64,000 nt of DNA, from the NCBI GenBank assembly GCA_947474495.1, contig CANJIM010000002.1, positions 14,978 through 78,977 on the forward strand, given 5' to 3'. The DNA is from Rhodospirillaceae bacterium. Its GTDB lineage: Bacteria; Pseudomonadota; Alphaproteobacteria; SMXQ01. The notes under the pieces are model-generated. The model saw nothing but the letters and a program-made list of their open reading frames with translations. It searched no databases and was not told the DNA's origin. Below, one piece after another: positions 8,002 to 17,018 of the stretch (position 1 is the stretch's first letter; each line of letters begins with the position of its first letter). The position numbers and the translations under genes are program-made.

Positions 8002-10566
8002 ATGGTTCGCGCCGCATCAGTTACATCGACAGCATCGTCCGCCTGCCCGCTCATCCGGCGGCAGCGGACTCCTTTGCGCGCGCTCGCCTCTTTGACCCTT
8101 GGTCTTCCCCTAATTCTGTCCGCCACGCCGGCAGCGGCGCAAAGCGCTGGCGATGGCATGAGTAATCTCGGCGCGCTGCTCGGCAGTGTTGCGCCCTGGG
8201 CCTTGCTCGCGCTCTGCGCTGGCGCGGTCATCGCCGAAGGCGTTGCTTGGAGCCGACAACGGCGCCGCGCCAGCGATTTGGCCAACGAAGCGGCCGGATT
8301 GCGCGTCGCGCTGGCCGCGCGCGACGACGCGCTCACCGTGGCGCCCGGTGCTCATGCCGGTTGGACGGCGACCGGCGAATGGATCGCCGGGCCGGAGCTG
8401 ACCGGTGTCCTCGGCCTTTTCCTCGAAGACGGACCTTTAAGCTACGCGACGTTTCTGCGGCTGATCGCCGAAGCTGACCGCGAACGGTTGGCGCAGGCGG
8501 TCGAGCGTTTGCGTCAAGAGCGTGTCGGCTTCAGCCTGACGTTCCGCGTCAATGGCCGCACCTGCGAAGTCACCGGCAGTCCGGCGCCTGCCGGCGGCAC
8601 CCTCGCCTCGGTGCTGTGGGTGCATGATGTCGACCAACGCGAGCAGGAGCGGGCGCGTCAGTCAGCCGGCATGGCGGCAGCCGAAGGTCAGGCACGGCTG
8701 TTCGCCAACCTGTTCGACGCGCTCGAGTCGCCGGTTTGGTTGCGCCGCGCCGATGGCGTTCTGCTCGCTTGCAACAAGGCTTATGCCAAGGCGGTCGAGG
8801 CGGAAACGCCGGACATCGCCATCGCCGCGCAGCACGAACTGGTCGGCGCGCGGGTCGAGTGGATCCGCGAATTGTCCGCCAGCGCCGCGAGCGAGGGGAA
8901 GCCGCGCAGCGGTCTGTTGCATGTCGTCATCGCCGGCGCGCGCCGCTTGTTGGAAATCACCGAGACGCCGATTTCTGGCGGCCATCTGGCCGGCTTCGCC
9001 ATCGATCGCACGGCGGTCGAAGAGACCCGCGCCGAGCTGGCGCGTCACATTGCCGCCCATGCCGATGTGTTGGAAAAGCTCGGCACCGCCATCATCATCT
9101 ACGGACCCGATCAGCGCGTCTTGTTCGCCAACTCCGCCTTCAGCCGCCTGTGGGGCCTGGAAGAAGACTGGGTCGCCAGCGCGCCGACCCATGGCGCGCT
9201 GCTCGAAGAGCTGCGCGTGCGGCGCCGCTTGCCGGAACAGGCCAATTTCCAGGCCTATAAGAAAGAACGCCTGGCGCTCTACACGTCGCTGATCGAGCCG
9301 CGCGAAGAATTGGTCTATCTGCCCGACGAGCGCGTGCTGCGTATGGTGATCTATCCGCATCCGCTTGGCGGTTTGCTCTACACGGTGGAGGACGTCACCG
9401 ATCGCCTGACTCTCGAGCGTTCCTACAATACCTTGATCGCGGTGCAGCGCGAGACGCTCGACAATCTACATGCCGCAGTGGCGGTGTTCGGCGCCGATGG
9501 CCGCCTCAAGCTGCACAATAACGCTTTCACGCGCATGTGGCATTTGGCGCCGAATTTCCTGGCGAACGAACCGCGCGTCATCGACATCGTCGAGGCGGTC
9601 AAGGACCAGATGCCGTACAAGGGCGAGTGGGACGATTACAAAAAGCTGATGGCGTCCCGCACCACCGATCATGTCGCGCGCGTCGGCGTATTCCGCCGCA
9701 ACGACAATTCCGTGCTCGATTACAACAGCGTGCCGCTGCCGGATGGCGCGACGATGTTCAGCTATCTCGACGTCACCGATAGCGCCAATGTCGAGATGGC
9801 GCTGCGCGAGCGCAACGAGGCGCTTGAAGCCGCCGACCATCTGAAATCGGAATTCATCACCAACGTGTCCTACGAGCTGCGCACGCCGCTCAATACCATC
9901 ATCGGCTTCACCGAAATTCTGGCGAACCAATATTTCGGCGCCATGAACGACCGCCAGACCGAATATGCGAGCGGTATTCTCGAATCGTCGCGCCAACTGC
10001 TCGCCTTGATCGACGACATTCTCGATCTCGCCTTGATCGAAGCCGGGCGTCTTTCCCTCGACCTCAAGCCGGTGAACATCCATAGCGTGCTGTTCAGCGT
10101 CTTTACCCTGACACGTGACCGCGCGCGCAAGCAGGGCGCGACGCTCACTCTCGACTGCCCGGCGGGCATCGGCGTGGTGATGGCGGACGAGCGCCGCCTG
10201 CGCCAGGCGCTGTTCAACCTAGTGAGCAACGCCCTGAAATATATGGCGGGCGAGGGCGAGATCGTGCTCGGCGCGCGCTGGGAAGATAGCGAGTTGGTGT
10301 TGTCGGTGGCCGATTCGGGTAGCGGCATCTCGCAGGAGGATCAGGCCCGCGTGTTCGAGAAATTCGAGCGCGGCGGCAATGCGGCGCGCGCGCCGGGCCT
10401 CGGTATCGGTTTGTCGCTGGTCAAAAGCTTCATCGAGCTACACGGCGGCCGCATCGAACTCACATCGGCGCCCGGCCAGGGCACCACCGTCACTTGCCGC
10501 CTGCCGGCACAAGTGGTGCCCGAGATCGCCCAGCCAGAGCCGGCGGAAAAGCCCGCGGCGGAGTGA
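8002..10566 (+). CDS. Multi-PAS sensor histidine kinase (membrane-anchored)
   Basis: 854 aa with an N-terminal signal/TM region and about three PAS-like segments. It has HisKA (SYELRTPLNTIIGFTE) and HATPase_c (GLGIGLSLVKSFIELHGG) domains and no receiver domain. Confidence 0.8.
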   Translation: MVRAASVTSTASSACPLIRRQRTPLRALASLTLGLPLILSATPAAAQSAGDGMSNLGALLGSVAPWALLALCAGAVIAEGVAWSRQRRRASDLANEAAGLRVALAARDDALTVAPGAHAGWTATGEWIAGPELTGVLGLFLEDGPLSYATFLRLIAEADRERLAQAVERLRQERVGFSLTFRVNGRTCEVTGSPAPAGGTLASVLWVHDVDQREQERARQSAGMAAAEGQARLFANLFDALESPVWLRRADGVLLACNKAYAKAVEAETPDIAIAAQHELVGARVEWIRELSASAASEGKPRSGLLHVVIAGARRLLEITETPISGGHLAGFAIDRTAVEETRAELARHIAAHADVLEKLGTAIIIYGPDQRVLFANSAFSRLWGLEEDWVASAPTHGALLEELRVRRRLPEQANFQAYKKERLALYTSLIEPREELVYLPDERVLRMVIYPHPLGGLLYTVEDVTDRLTLERSYNTLIAVQRETLDNLHAAVAVFGADGRLKLHNNAFTRMWHLAPNFLANEPRVIDIVEAVKDQMPYKGEWDDYKKLMASRTTDHVARVGVFRRNDNSVLDYNSVPLPDGATMFSYLDVTDSANVEMALRERNEALEAADHLKSEFITNVSYELRTPLNTIIGFTEILANQYFGAMNDRQTEYASGILESSRQLLALIDDILDLALIEAGRLSLDLKPVNIHSVLFSVFTLTRDRARKQGATLTLDCPAGIGVVMADERRLRQALFNLVSNALKYMAGEGEIVLGARWEDSELVLSVADSGSGISQEDQARVFEKFERGGNAARAPGLGIGLSLVKSFIELHGGRIELTSAPGQGTTVTCRLPAQVVPEIAQPEPAEKPAAE

Positions 10567-10577
10567 TCGCGTTCGGC

Positions 10578-11600
10578 TTAGGCGCCGGGAACGCCACTGG
10601 TGGTCGAATATTCGAAATGCAGTTTCTCGCCGGGATGGACGACGCCATGGGCGCCGTGCGCCGCGAGCGCGCCCTCGGCGAAGCCCGACAGGATCAGCTT
10701 GAGCTTGCCGGGATAATGGGCGATGTCGCCGATGGCAAAGATGCCCGGCGTCGAGGTCTGGCAGGTCGACGGCTCGACGCCGATATGGTTGCGCTCGACA
10801 TTGAGACCCCACTCGGCGATCGGCCCCAGATTCATGGCAAGACCGAAGAACGGCAGCAGCACGTCGGCCTCCAGCTTGCGTGGCTTGTCGTCGAGATCTT
10901 TGACGACGACGGCGCTGAGCTGGCCGTTGGCGCCTTCGAGCGCGGCGAGCTGATAGGGCACCACCAGCTCGATCTCGCCGGCTTCGGCGAGCGACTTCAG
11001 GCGCGCTGCCATTTCCGGCGCGGCGCGGAACTTGTCGCGCCGATGCACGACCATCACTTTGGCGGCGACGCCGGCCAGCGCGATCGCCCAATCGACGGCG
11101 GAATCGCCGCCGCCGGCGATCACCACGCGCTTGCCGCGCAATTCCTCGCGTCGTTTGACCATGTAGAAGACGCTCTTGCCTTCATAGGCGTCGAGATCTT
11201 CGAGCGGCGGGCGGTTGGGGCCGAAGGCGCCGCAGCCGCCGGCGACGATCACTGCCTTGGCCTGGATCGTCTCGCCGCCTGACAGGCCGAGGGAGAACCA
11301 CTCGCCGGTCTTCTGCAGCGTCATCACCTGCTGGCCGAGGTGATAGACCGGCGCGAAGGGCGCGGCCTGCTCGGAGAGCTTGTCGATCAGATCGGCGGCG
11401 TCGATGGCCGGATGAGCAGGGATATCGTAGATCGGTTTTTCCGGGTAAAGCGCCGTGCATTGCCCGCCGACCATGTCGAGCGCGTCGATCACATGGCAGC
11501 GCATCTTCAGCATGCCGCATTCGAAGATGGCGAAGAGGCCGACGGGGCCAGCGCCGATAATGGCGACATCGGTCTGAACGGTCGTGGCAGTCACGGTGAA
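10578..11600 (-). CDS. Ferredoxin-NADP(+) reductase, thioredoxin-reductase-like type
   Basis: FAD/NAD(P) Rossmann motifs (VAIIGAGPVGLFA, VIAGGGDSAVDWA). A GTG start at ~11598-11600 is preceded by AGGAGACG. The longer 576-aa ORF is an upstream read-through. Confidence 0.8.
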   Translation of the reverse strand, partial: FTVTATTVQTDVAIIGAGPVGLFAIFECGMLKMRCHVIDALDMVGGQCTALYPEKPIYDIPAHPAIDAADLIDKLSEQAAPFAPVYHLGQQVMTLQKTGEWFSLGLSGGETIQAKAVIVAGGCGAFGPNRPPLEDLDAYEGKSVFYMVKRREELRGKRVVIAGGGDSAVDWAIALAGVAAKVMVVHRRDKFRAAPEMAARLKSLAEAGEIELVVPYQLAALEGANGQLSAVVVKDLDDKPRKLEADVLLPFFGLAMNLGPIAEWGLNVERNHIGVEPSTCQTSTPGIFAIGDIAHYPGKLKLILSGFAEGALAAHGAHGVVHPGEKLHFEYSTTSGVPGA

Positions 11601-11777
11601 ACGTCTCCTGGAAGGCGATAAAGCGGCCATAACATGGCCTTGGAGCCTGCCAAATACAACAAACTTGAGGCGCTGCGCCACCAGACGATCAGCGCCGGCT
11701 TGGCACTGCGAAACAGGCCTCATACCGCCATAGAGAGCCGAATTGCCGATCCTCGGAGGGACGGCTACAACACAGGC

Positions 11778-12278
11778 ATGACGTTGCCGTCTCCCATGTC
11801 CGCCCCCAACGGGGGCCTGTCGTTCCGTCTGGCCGATCTTGCCGCCACGGCGGCCTTGGCGGACGCGCTCGCGCAGCGCGCCCGAGCCGGCGACGTGATC
11901 GCGCTGCATGGGACGCTGGGCGCCGGCAAGACCGCCTTCGCCCGCGCTTTCATCACCGCGCGCATGCCCGACGTGGGCGATGTGCCGAGCCCGACCTTCA
12001 CGTTGGTGCAGACCTACGACATGGCCGATCCGGCCATCTGGCATTTCGATCTCTATCGCCTGGACAAGCCGGACGACGCGCTGGAGCTCGGCCTCGACGA
12101 GGCGTTCAACGACGCCATCTCGTTGATCGAATGGCCCGAGCGGCTGGGGCCCTATCTGCCGCGCCGCGCCCTGCATCTGCATTTGGAATTTGTTGGCCAA
12201 GGCAGCGGAGAGGGCGCCCGCATCGCCCATGTGACCGGCGCGGGCGACTGGCCGGCGCGATTGGAGACGCTGACATGA
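11778..12278 (+). CDS. tsaE: tRNA threonylcarbamoyladenosine biosynthesis ATPase TsaE
   Basis: Walker A GTLGAGKTAF and the conserved TsaE core, ~166 aa. The stop overlaps the next start (ATGA). Confidence 0.8.
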   Translation: MTLPSPMSAPNGGLSFRLADLAATAALADALAQRARAGDVIALHGTLGAGKTAFARAFITARMPDVGDVPSPTFTLVQTYDMADPAIWHFDLYRLDKPDDALELGLDEAFNDAISLIEWPERLGPYLPRRALHLHLEFVGQGSGEGARIAHVTGAGDWPARLETLT

Positions 12279-13306
12279 CCGCCCCTTCTGCGACGATCGA
12301 AGGCGCAAACCGCGAGGCGATCATTACGGCCTTCCTCGCCAAATGCGGCTGGGCCGGCGCGGCGCGCCACAAGCTGCCGGGCGACGCCTCGTTCCGCCGC
12401 TACGAGCGGCTGAGCCTCGACGGGCGGCGCGCCATGCTGATGGATGCGCCGCCGCCGAAAGAGGATGTGCGGCCCTTCCTGCGCGTCGCGCGTCATCTGA
12501 CCAAGCTCGGTCTCAGCGCGCCGCACATCTTCGAGGCCGACGAAGCGAACGGCCTGTTGCTGCTCGAAGACCTCGGCGACGACACCTTCACGCGTCTGCT
12601 CGCCAAGGGCGAGGACGAGACGGCGCTTTATGAATTGGCGGTCGATGCGCTGATCGGGCTGCATCATGTGCCGATCGACAAGGTGCTGCCGCTCAGCACG
12701 CCGCCCTATGACGAGGCCAAGCTGCTCGAAGAAGCGCGGCTGCTCACCGATTGGTTCCTCCCGGCGGTCAGCGGCGCGCCGGTCGCGGCAGCTGTGGTGG
12801 AGAGCTATGCCTCAGCCTGGCGCGGTGCCTTCAAAGTGCTGGACGGCCAACCCTACACGCTGGTGCTGCGTGACTATCATGTCGATAACTTGATGCGCTT
12901 GCCGAGCCGTAGCGGCATCGCGGCCTGCGGCCTGCTCGACTTCCAGGACGCCTTGGTCGGCCCCACGGCCTACGATCTCGTCTCCCTGCTCGAAGACGCG
13001 CGGCGCGATCTCGCGCCCGGCTTGGCGCAGGCGATGATGGCGCGCTATCTCGCCGCCTTTCCCAAGCTTGACCAGGACAAGTTCGCTGCCGCCGCCGCCG
13101 TGCTGGCGGCGCAGCGCAACGCCAAGATCGTCGGCATCTTTACGCGGTTGAGCCGGCGCGACGGCAAGCATCATTATCTCGGCCATGTGCCGCGCGTCTG
13201 GCGTCTGCTGAATAGCGATCTCGACCATCCGGCATTGGCAGAGGTGCGCGCCTGGTTCGACGCGCATGTGCCGGCTTCCTTGCGCCGCGCGCCGGAGGCG
13301 CCATGA
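12275..13306 (+). CDS. amgK: Aminoglycoside-phosphotransferase-family kinase, AmgK-like (anomeric MurNAc/GlcNAc kinase)
   Basis: APH-fold motifs (HRDYHVDNLM-like: LRDYHVDNLMRL, DFQDA). It holds the conserved position between tsaE and a MurU-like nucleotidyltransferase. Confidence 0.7.
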   Translation: MTAPSATIEGANREAIITAFLAKCGWAGAARHKLPGDASFRRYERLSLDGRRAMLMDAPPPKEDVRPFLRVARHLTKLGLSAPHIFEADEANGLLLLEDLGDDTFTRLLAKGEDETALYELAVDALIGLHHVPIDKVLPLSTPPYDEAKLLEEARLLTDWFLPAVSGAPVAAAVVESYASAWRGAFKVLDGQPYTLVLRDYHVDNLMRLPSRSGIAACGLLDFQDALVGPTAYDLVSLLEDARRDLAPGLAQAMMARYLAAFPKLDQDKFAAAAAVLAAQRNAKIVGIFTRLSRRDGKHHYLGHVPRVWRLLNSDLDHPALAEVRAWFDAHVPASLRRAPEAP

Positions 13307-14028
13307 CGCATATTACACGGGGAATGGTGCTGGCGGCGGGCTTCGGCCTGCGCATGCGGCCTTTGACGCTGACGACTCCCAAGCCGCTGATCCCGGTCGC
13401 CGGGCGTTGCATGCTCGATCGCGCGCTTGACCATTTCGCCGCCGCCGGAGTCGAGACCGCGGTGGTCAACGCGCATTATCTCGCTCAGCGGATCGCCATG
13501 CATGTCGCCCTGCGCATGGGCAGCGGCGCCGACAAGCTTGGGATCCTGCTATCGCACGAAGCGACGATTCTCGACACCGGCGGCGGCGTCATGCAGGCCC
13601 TGCCGGATCTGCGGCCCGATCCCTTCTATGTCGCCAACGGCGACATCCTATGGCGCGACGGCGCCATGCCGGCCTTGCAACGCCTCGCCGCCGCTTGGGA
13701 CGATGGCGCGATGGACGCGCTGCTGCTGGTGTACGATAGGGCCAGCGCGATCGGCTACGACGGGCCGGGCGACTTCGATTTCGCCGGACAGAAGCTGCGG
13801 CGGCGTGTTGGCGATAGTGCGCCATTCGTCTTCACCGGCGTGCAGATTCTGCATCCGCGCCTGTTCGCCGGCGCGCCGTCGGGTGCTTTCTCGCTGAACA
13901 GGCTCTACGACCAGGCCGCCGCCGCAGGCCGTTTGCACGGGCTTGTGCATGACGGCGACTGGTATCACATCGGCACGCCGGATGGTCTCGCACTGGCCGA
14001 GCAGCATTTGCGGAGCCGCCTGTCGTGA
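13303..14028 (+). CDS. murU: Nucleotidyltransferase, MurU-like (MurNAc-1-P uridylyltransferase family)
   Basis: N-terminal GMVLAAGFGLRMRPLTLTTPKPL nucleotidyltransferase motif. ATGA overlap with amgK and GTGA overlap with the next gene. Confidence 0.75.
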   Translation: MTHITRGMVLAAGFGLRMRPLTLTTPKPLIPVAGRCMLDRALDHFAAAGVETAVVNAHYLAQRIAMHVALRMGSGADKLGILLSHEATILDTGGGVMQALPDLRPDPFYVANGDILWRDGAMPALQRLAAAWDDGAMDALLLVYDRASAIGYDGPGDFDFAGQKLRRRVGDSAPFVFTGVQILHPRLFAGAPSGAFSLNRLYDQAAAAGRLHGLVHDGDWYHIGTPDGLALAEQHLRSRLS

Positions 14029-17018
14029 CAGCGCCTGGAACGAAGGAGGGGGGCGTCGCCAATATTCCGGCCGGCGCGCCGTTCGTCGATTCGCTCGCTG
14101 CCGGCATCTGGCAGATGGTCGGCAAAGACGACCCCCTGGCGTTGACGCGCGTCACCGTGCTGTTGCCGACTCGCCGCGCGATCCGCAGTTTGCGCGAAGC
14201 CTTCCTGCGACTCGGCGGCGGCGTGCCCTTGCTGTTGCCGCGTCTGATGCCGCTCGGCGAGTTGGACGAAGAAGCGCTGCTGCTCGAAGAAAGCGCAGGC
14301 GAAGGGGCGATCGAACTGCCCCCCGCGATTCCGGGCCTGCGCCGGCAATTGCTGCTGGCGCGGCTGGTTCGTCAGCTCGGCGCGCAGAGCTTGCCTGAGG
14401 CGCCCGATGAAGCGCAATCGGCGCGACTCGCCGAAGCGCTGGCCAAGCTGCTCGACGAGATGCAGACCGAACGGGTCGATGTCGCCAAGCTCAAGAGCCT
14501 GGCGCCGGAATCCTTCGCGCGTCATTGGCAGCAGACCATCGAGTTTCTCGCCATTCTTACCGAACATTGGCCGCAGATTCTCGCGGCCGAAGGGGCGCTC
14601 GATCCTGCCGCGCGGCGCAACGCGACACTGGCCGCGCAGGCCGAGCTGTGGCGTGCCCATCCCCCGGAGGGACCGGTGATCGCCGCCGGTTCGACTGGCT
14701 CGATCCCCGCCACCGCCGATCTGCTCGCGGTCGTCGCCTCGCTGCCCCAGGGCCATGTCGTGCTGCCGGGGCTCGATCGCGACATGAGCGAGGCCTGCTG
14801 GCGCGCTCTGTCGTCCGAGGGGCCGCCGAGCCATCCGCAATTCGGCTTGGCGCGGTTGCTGGAACGCCTCGGGGTTGCGCGGGCGGAGGTGAGCGAGTGG
14901 CAGTCCCCGATCGCCGCCGCGACGCCGCCGGCACGCGCGGCCTTGCTCGCCCGCGCCCTCGATCCGGTGCCGGCCGATGGCGATCTGCCGCTGCGCGACT
15001 TGCCCGATCCTGGCGTAGCGCTCGCCGATGTCGTGCGTATCGAAGCGCCGGGCCCCTTGGAAGAAGCTGGCGCCATCGCGCTGATGCTGCGCGAAGCGGT
15101 CGATCGCGAAGGCCAACGCGCGGCGCTGATCACGCCCGATCGCGATCTGGCACGCCGCGTCGCCGCCGAACTGCGGCGCTGGGACATCGAGGTCGACGAT
15201 TCGGCCGGCCAGCCGCTCGCCACCACGCCGGCCGGCGCCTTCGCGCGCCTAGCGCTCGCCATGCTCGGTGACGATCTGGCGCCCGCCGCGTTGCTCGCCG
15301 CACTCAAGCATCCGCTGGCCTCGGGTGGCGAAAAGACCGTGGCTTTTAGAGACAAGGCCCGCGCGCTGGAATTGGCGGCGCTGCGCGGCGTCCGCCCGGC
15401 GCCCGGCTTTGCCGGTTTGCGGACGACGCTCGCGGGTGGCAAGACCGAAGCCGCGTTGTTGCCCTGGCTCGAGAAGCTGGCCGCTGCTGCTGCGCCGCTG
15501 TGCGAGTCGCTTGCGGCCAAGGAGGTCGCTGTCGATGCTCTGCTGCGCGCTCATGTTGCCTGGCTCGAATATCTCGCGGCGGATGACGCGCTGTCCGGTG
15601 CCGCGCGCCTGTGGCGCGGCGACGACGGCGAAGCGCTCGCCGGCTTCATCGCCGAATTCGCCGAAGCGGCGCGCGATCTGCCGCCCATGGCGGGGCGCGC
15701 CTATCCCGCCTTGTTTGAGACTTTGCTTGCCGGCCGCGTCGTGCGGCCGCGCTACGGTGCCCATCCGCGCCTGTTCATCTGGGGGCCGCTCGAAGCCCGC
15801 CTGCAGCAGGCTGATCTCGTCATTCTCGGCGGCCTCAACGAAGGCGTTTGGCCGGCTGACCCCGGCGCCGATCCGTGGATGAGCCGGCCCATGCGCGAGG
15901 CGTTTGGGCTTCCTTCGCCCGAGCGGCGCATCGGCCTGGCCGCCCATGATGTGGCCCAGGCCTTCGCCGCGCCGCGCGTCGCGTTGACCCGCGCGCTGCG
16001 CGTCGACGGCACACCGACCGTGCCGGCGCGTTGGCTGCAGCGGCTCGACAATCTCCTGCTCGGCCTCGATGCGCGAAAGGCTCTGAAGGGTGGTGAACTA
16101 TGGCTTGGCTGGCAGCAGATGCTCGATTCGCCGGCCGGCCCGCCGACGCCGACTCAGCGCCCGGCGCCGACGCCGCCGGTCGTGGCGCGGCCGCGCAAGC
16201 TCAGCGTGACGCAGGTCGAGACCTGGATGCGCGATCCTTATGGCGTCTATGCCAAGCATATCCTGCGCTTGAATGCGCTCGATCCGTTGGATGCCGATCC
16301 CGGCGCGGCGGATCGCGGCAGCTTCATTCATGAGGCGCTCGACCGCTTCGTCAAAAGCTGGCGCGCCGATGAAGCGCCCGAGGCCGCCTATGAACGCTTG
16401 CTGGCATTCGGCCAAGAGGCCTTCGCGCCGGCGCTCAGCAGCCCCGGCGTCTGGGCCTTCTGGTGGCCGCGCTTCGAGCGCATCGCGCGCTGGTTCGTGG
16501 ATAACGAGACCGCGCGCCGCCGCGTCGCCACGCCGCTCGCCGTCGAGGGCTGGGGCGAACTGACTCTGCCGGGACCGGCGGGGCCCTTCACGCTCGTCGC
16601 CAAGGCCGACCGCATCGACTATCTGAACGACGGCCGCCTCGCCGTCATCGATTACAAGACAGGTGGCGTGCCGACCAAGGGTGATCTCGAACGCGGCTTG
16701 GCACCGCAGCTGCCGCTCGAAGCGATGATGGCGGCGCGCGGCGGCTTCAAGGACGTGCCGGCCGGCGATGTCGCCGAGATCGCCTTCTGGCGTCTGTCGG
16801 GCGGCCGCCCCGTCGCGGAGATCAAGGCCTATGACGCGCCGCAATTCGCCGCCGACGCTTACGACGGCCTGCTGCGTCTGATCGCTGCCTTCGATGATCC
16901 CGCCACGCCCTATCTCGCCCGCCCGCGCGCCGAACATGCGCCGCGCTTCAGCGACTATGAGCATCTTGCCCGCGTCAAGGAATGGTCCGCCTCGGGCGAC
17001 GACGGCGGTGAGTCATGA
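14025..17018 (+). CDS. addB: Double-strand break repair protein AddB (alphaproteobacterial type)
   Basis: 997 aa with a GTG start overlapping the murU stop. The C-terminal PD-(D/E)XK nuclease motif (VIDYKTG) is present. It is followed by addA, overlapping by ATGA. Confidence 0.85.
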   Translation: MTAPGTKEGGVANIPAGAPFVDSLAAGIWQMVGKDDPLALTRVTVLLPTRRAIRSLREAFLRLGGGVPLLLPRLMPLGELDEEALLLEESAGEGAIELPPAIPGLRRQLLLARLVRQLGAQSLPEAPDEAQSARLAEALAKLLDEMQTERVDVAKLKSLAPESFARHWQQTIEFLAILTEHWPQILAAEGALDPAARRNATLAAQAELWRAHPPEGPVIAAGSTGSIPATADLLAVVASLPQGHVVLPGLDRDMSEACWRALSSEGPPSHPQFGLARLLERLGVARAEVSEWQSPIAAATPPARAALLARALDPVPADGDLPLRDLPDPGVALADVVRIEAPGPLEEAGAIALMLREAVDREGQRAALITPDRDLARRVAAELRRWDIEVDDSAGQPLATTPAGAFARLALAMLGDDLAPAALLAALKHPLASGGEKTVAFRDKARALELAALRGVRPAPGFAGLRTTLAGGKTEAALLPWLEKLAAAAAPLCESLAAKEVAVDALLRAHVAWLEYLAADDALSGAARLWRGDDGEALAGFIAEFAEAARDLPPMAGRAYPALFETLLAGRVVRPRYGAHPRLFIWGPLEARLQQADLVILGGLNEGVWPADPGADPWMSRPMREAFGLPSPERRIGLAAHDVAQAFAAPRVALTRALRVDGTPTVPARWLQRLDNLLLGLDARKALKGGELWLGWQQMLDSPAGPPTPTQRPAPTPPVVARPRKLSVTQVETWMRDPYGVYAKHILRLNALDPLDADPGAADRGSFIHEALDRFVKSWRADEAPEAAYERLLAFGQEAFAPALSSPGVWAFWWPRFERIARWFVDNETARRRVATPLAVEGWGELTLPGPAGPFTLVAKADRIDYLNDGRLAVIDYKTGGVPTKGDLERGLAPQLPLEAMMAARGGFKDVPAGDVAEIAFWRLSGGRPVAEIKAYDAPQFAADAYDGLLRLIAAFDDPATPYLARPRAEHAPRFSDYEHLARVKEWSASGDDGGES

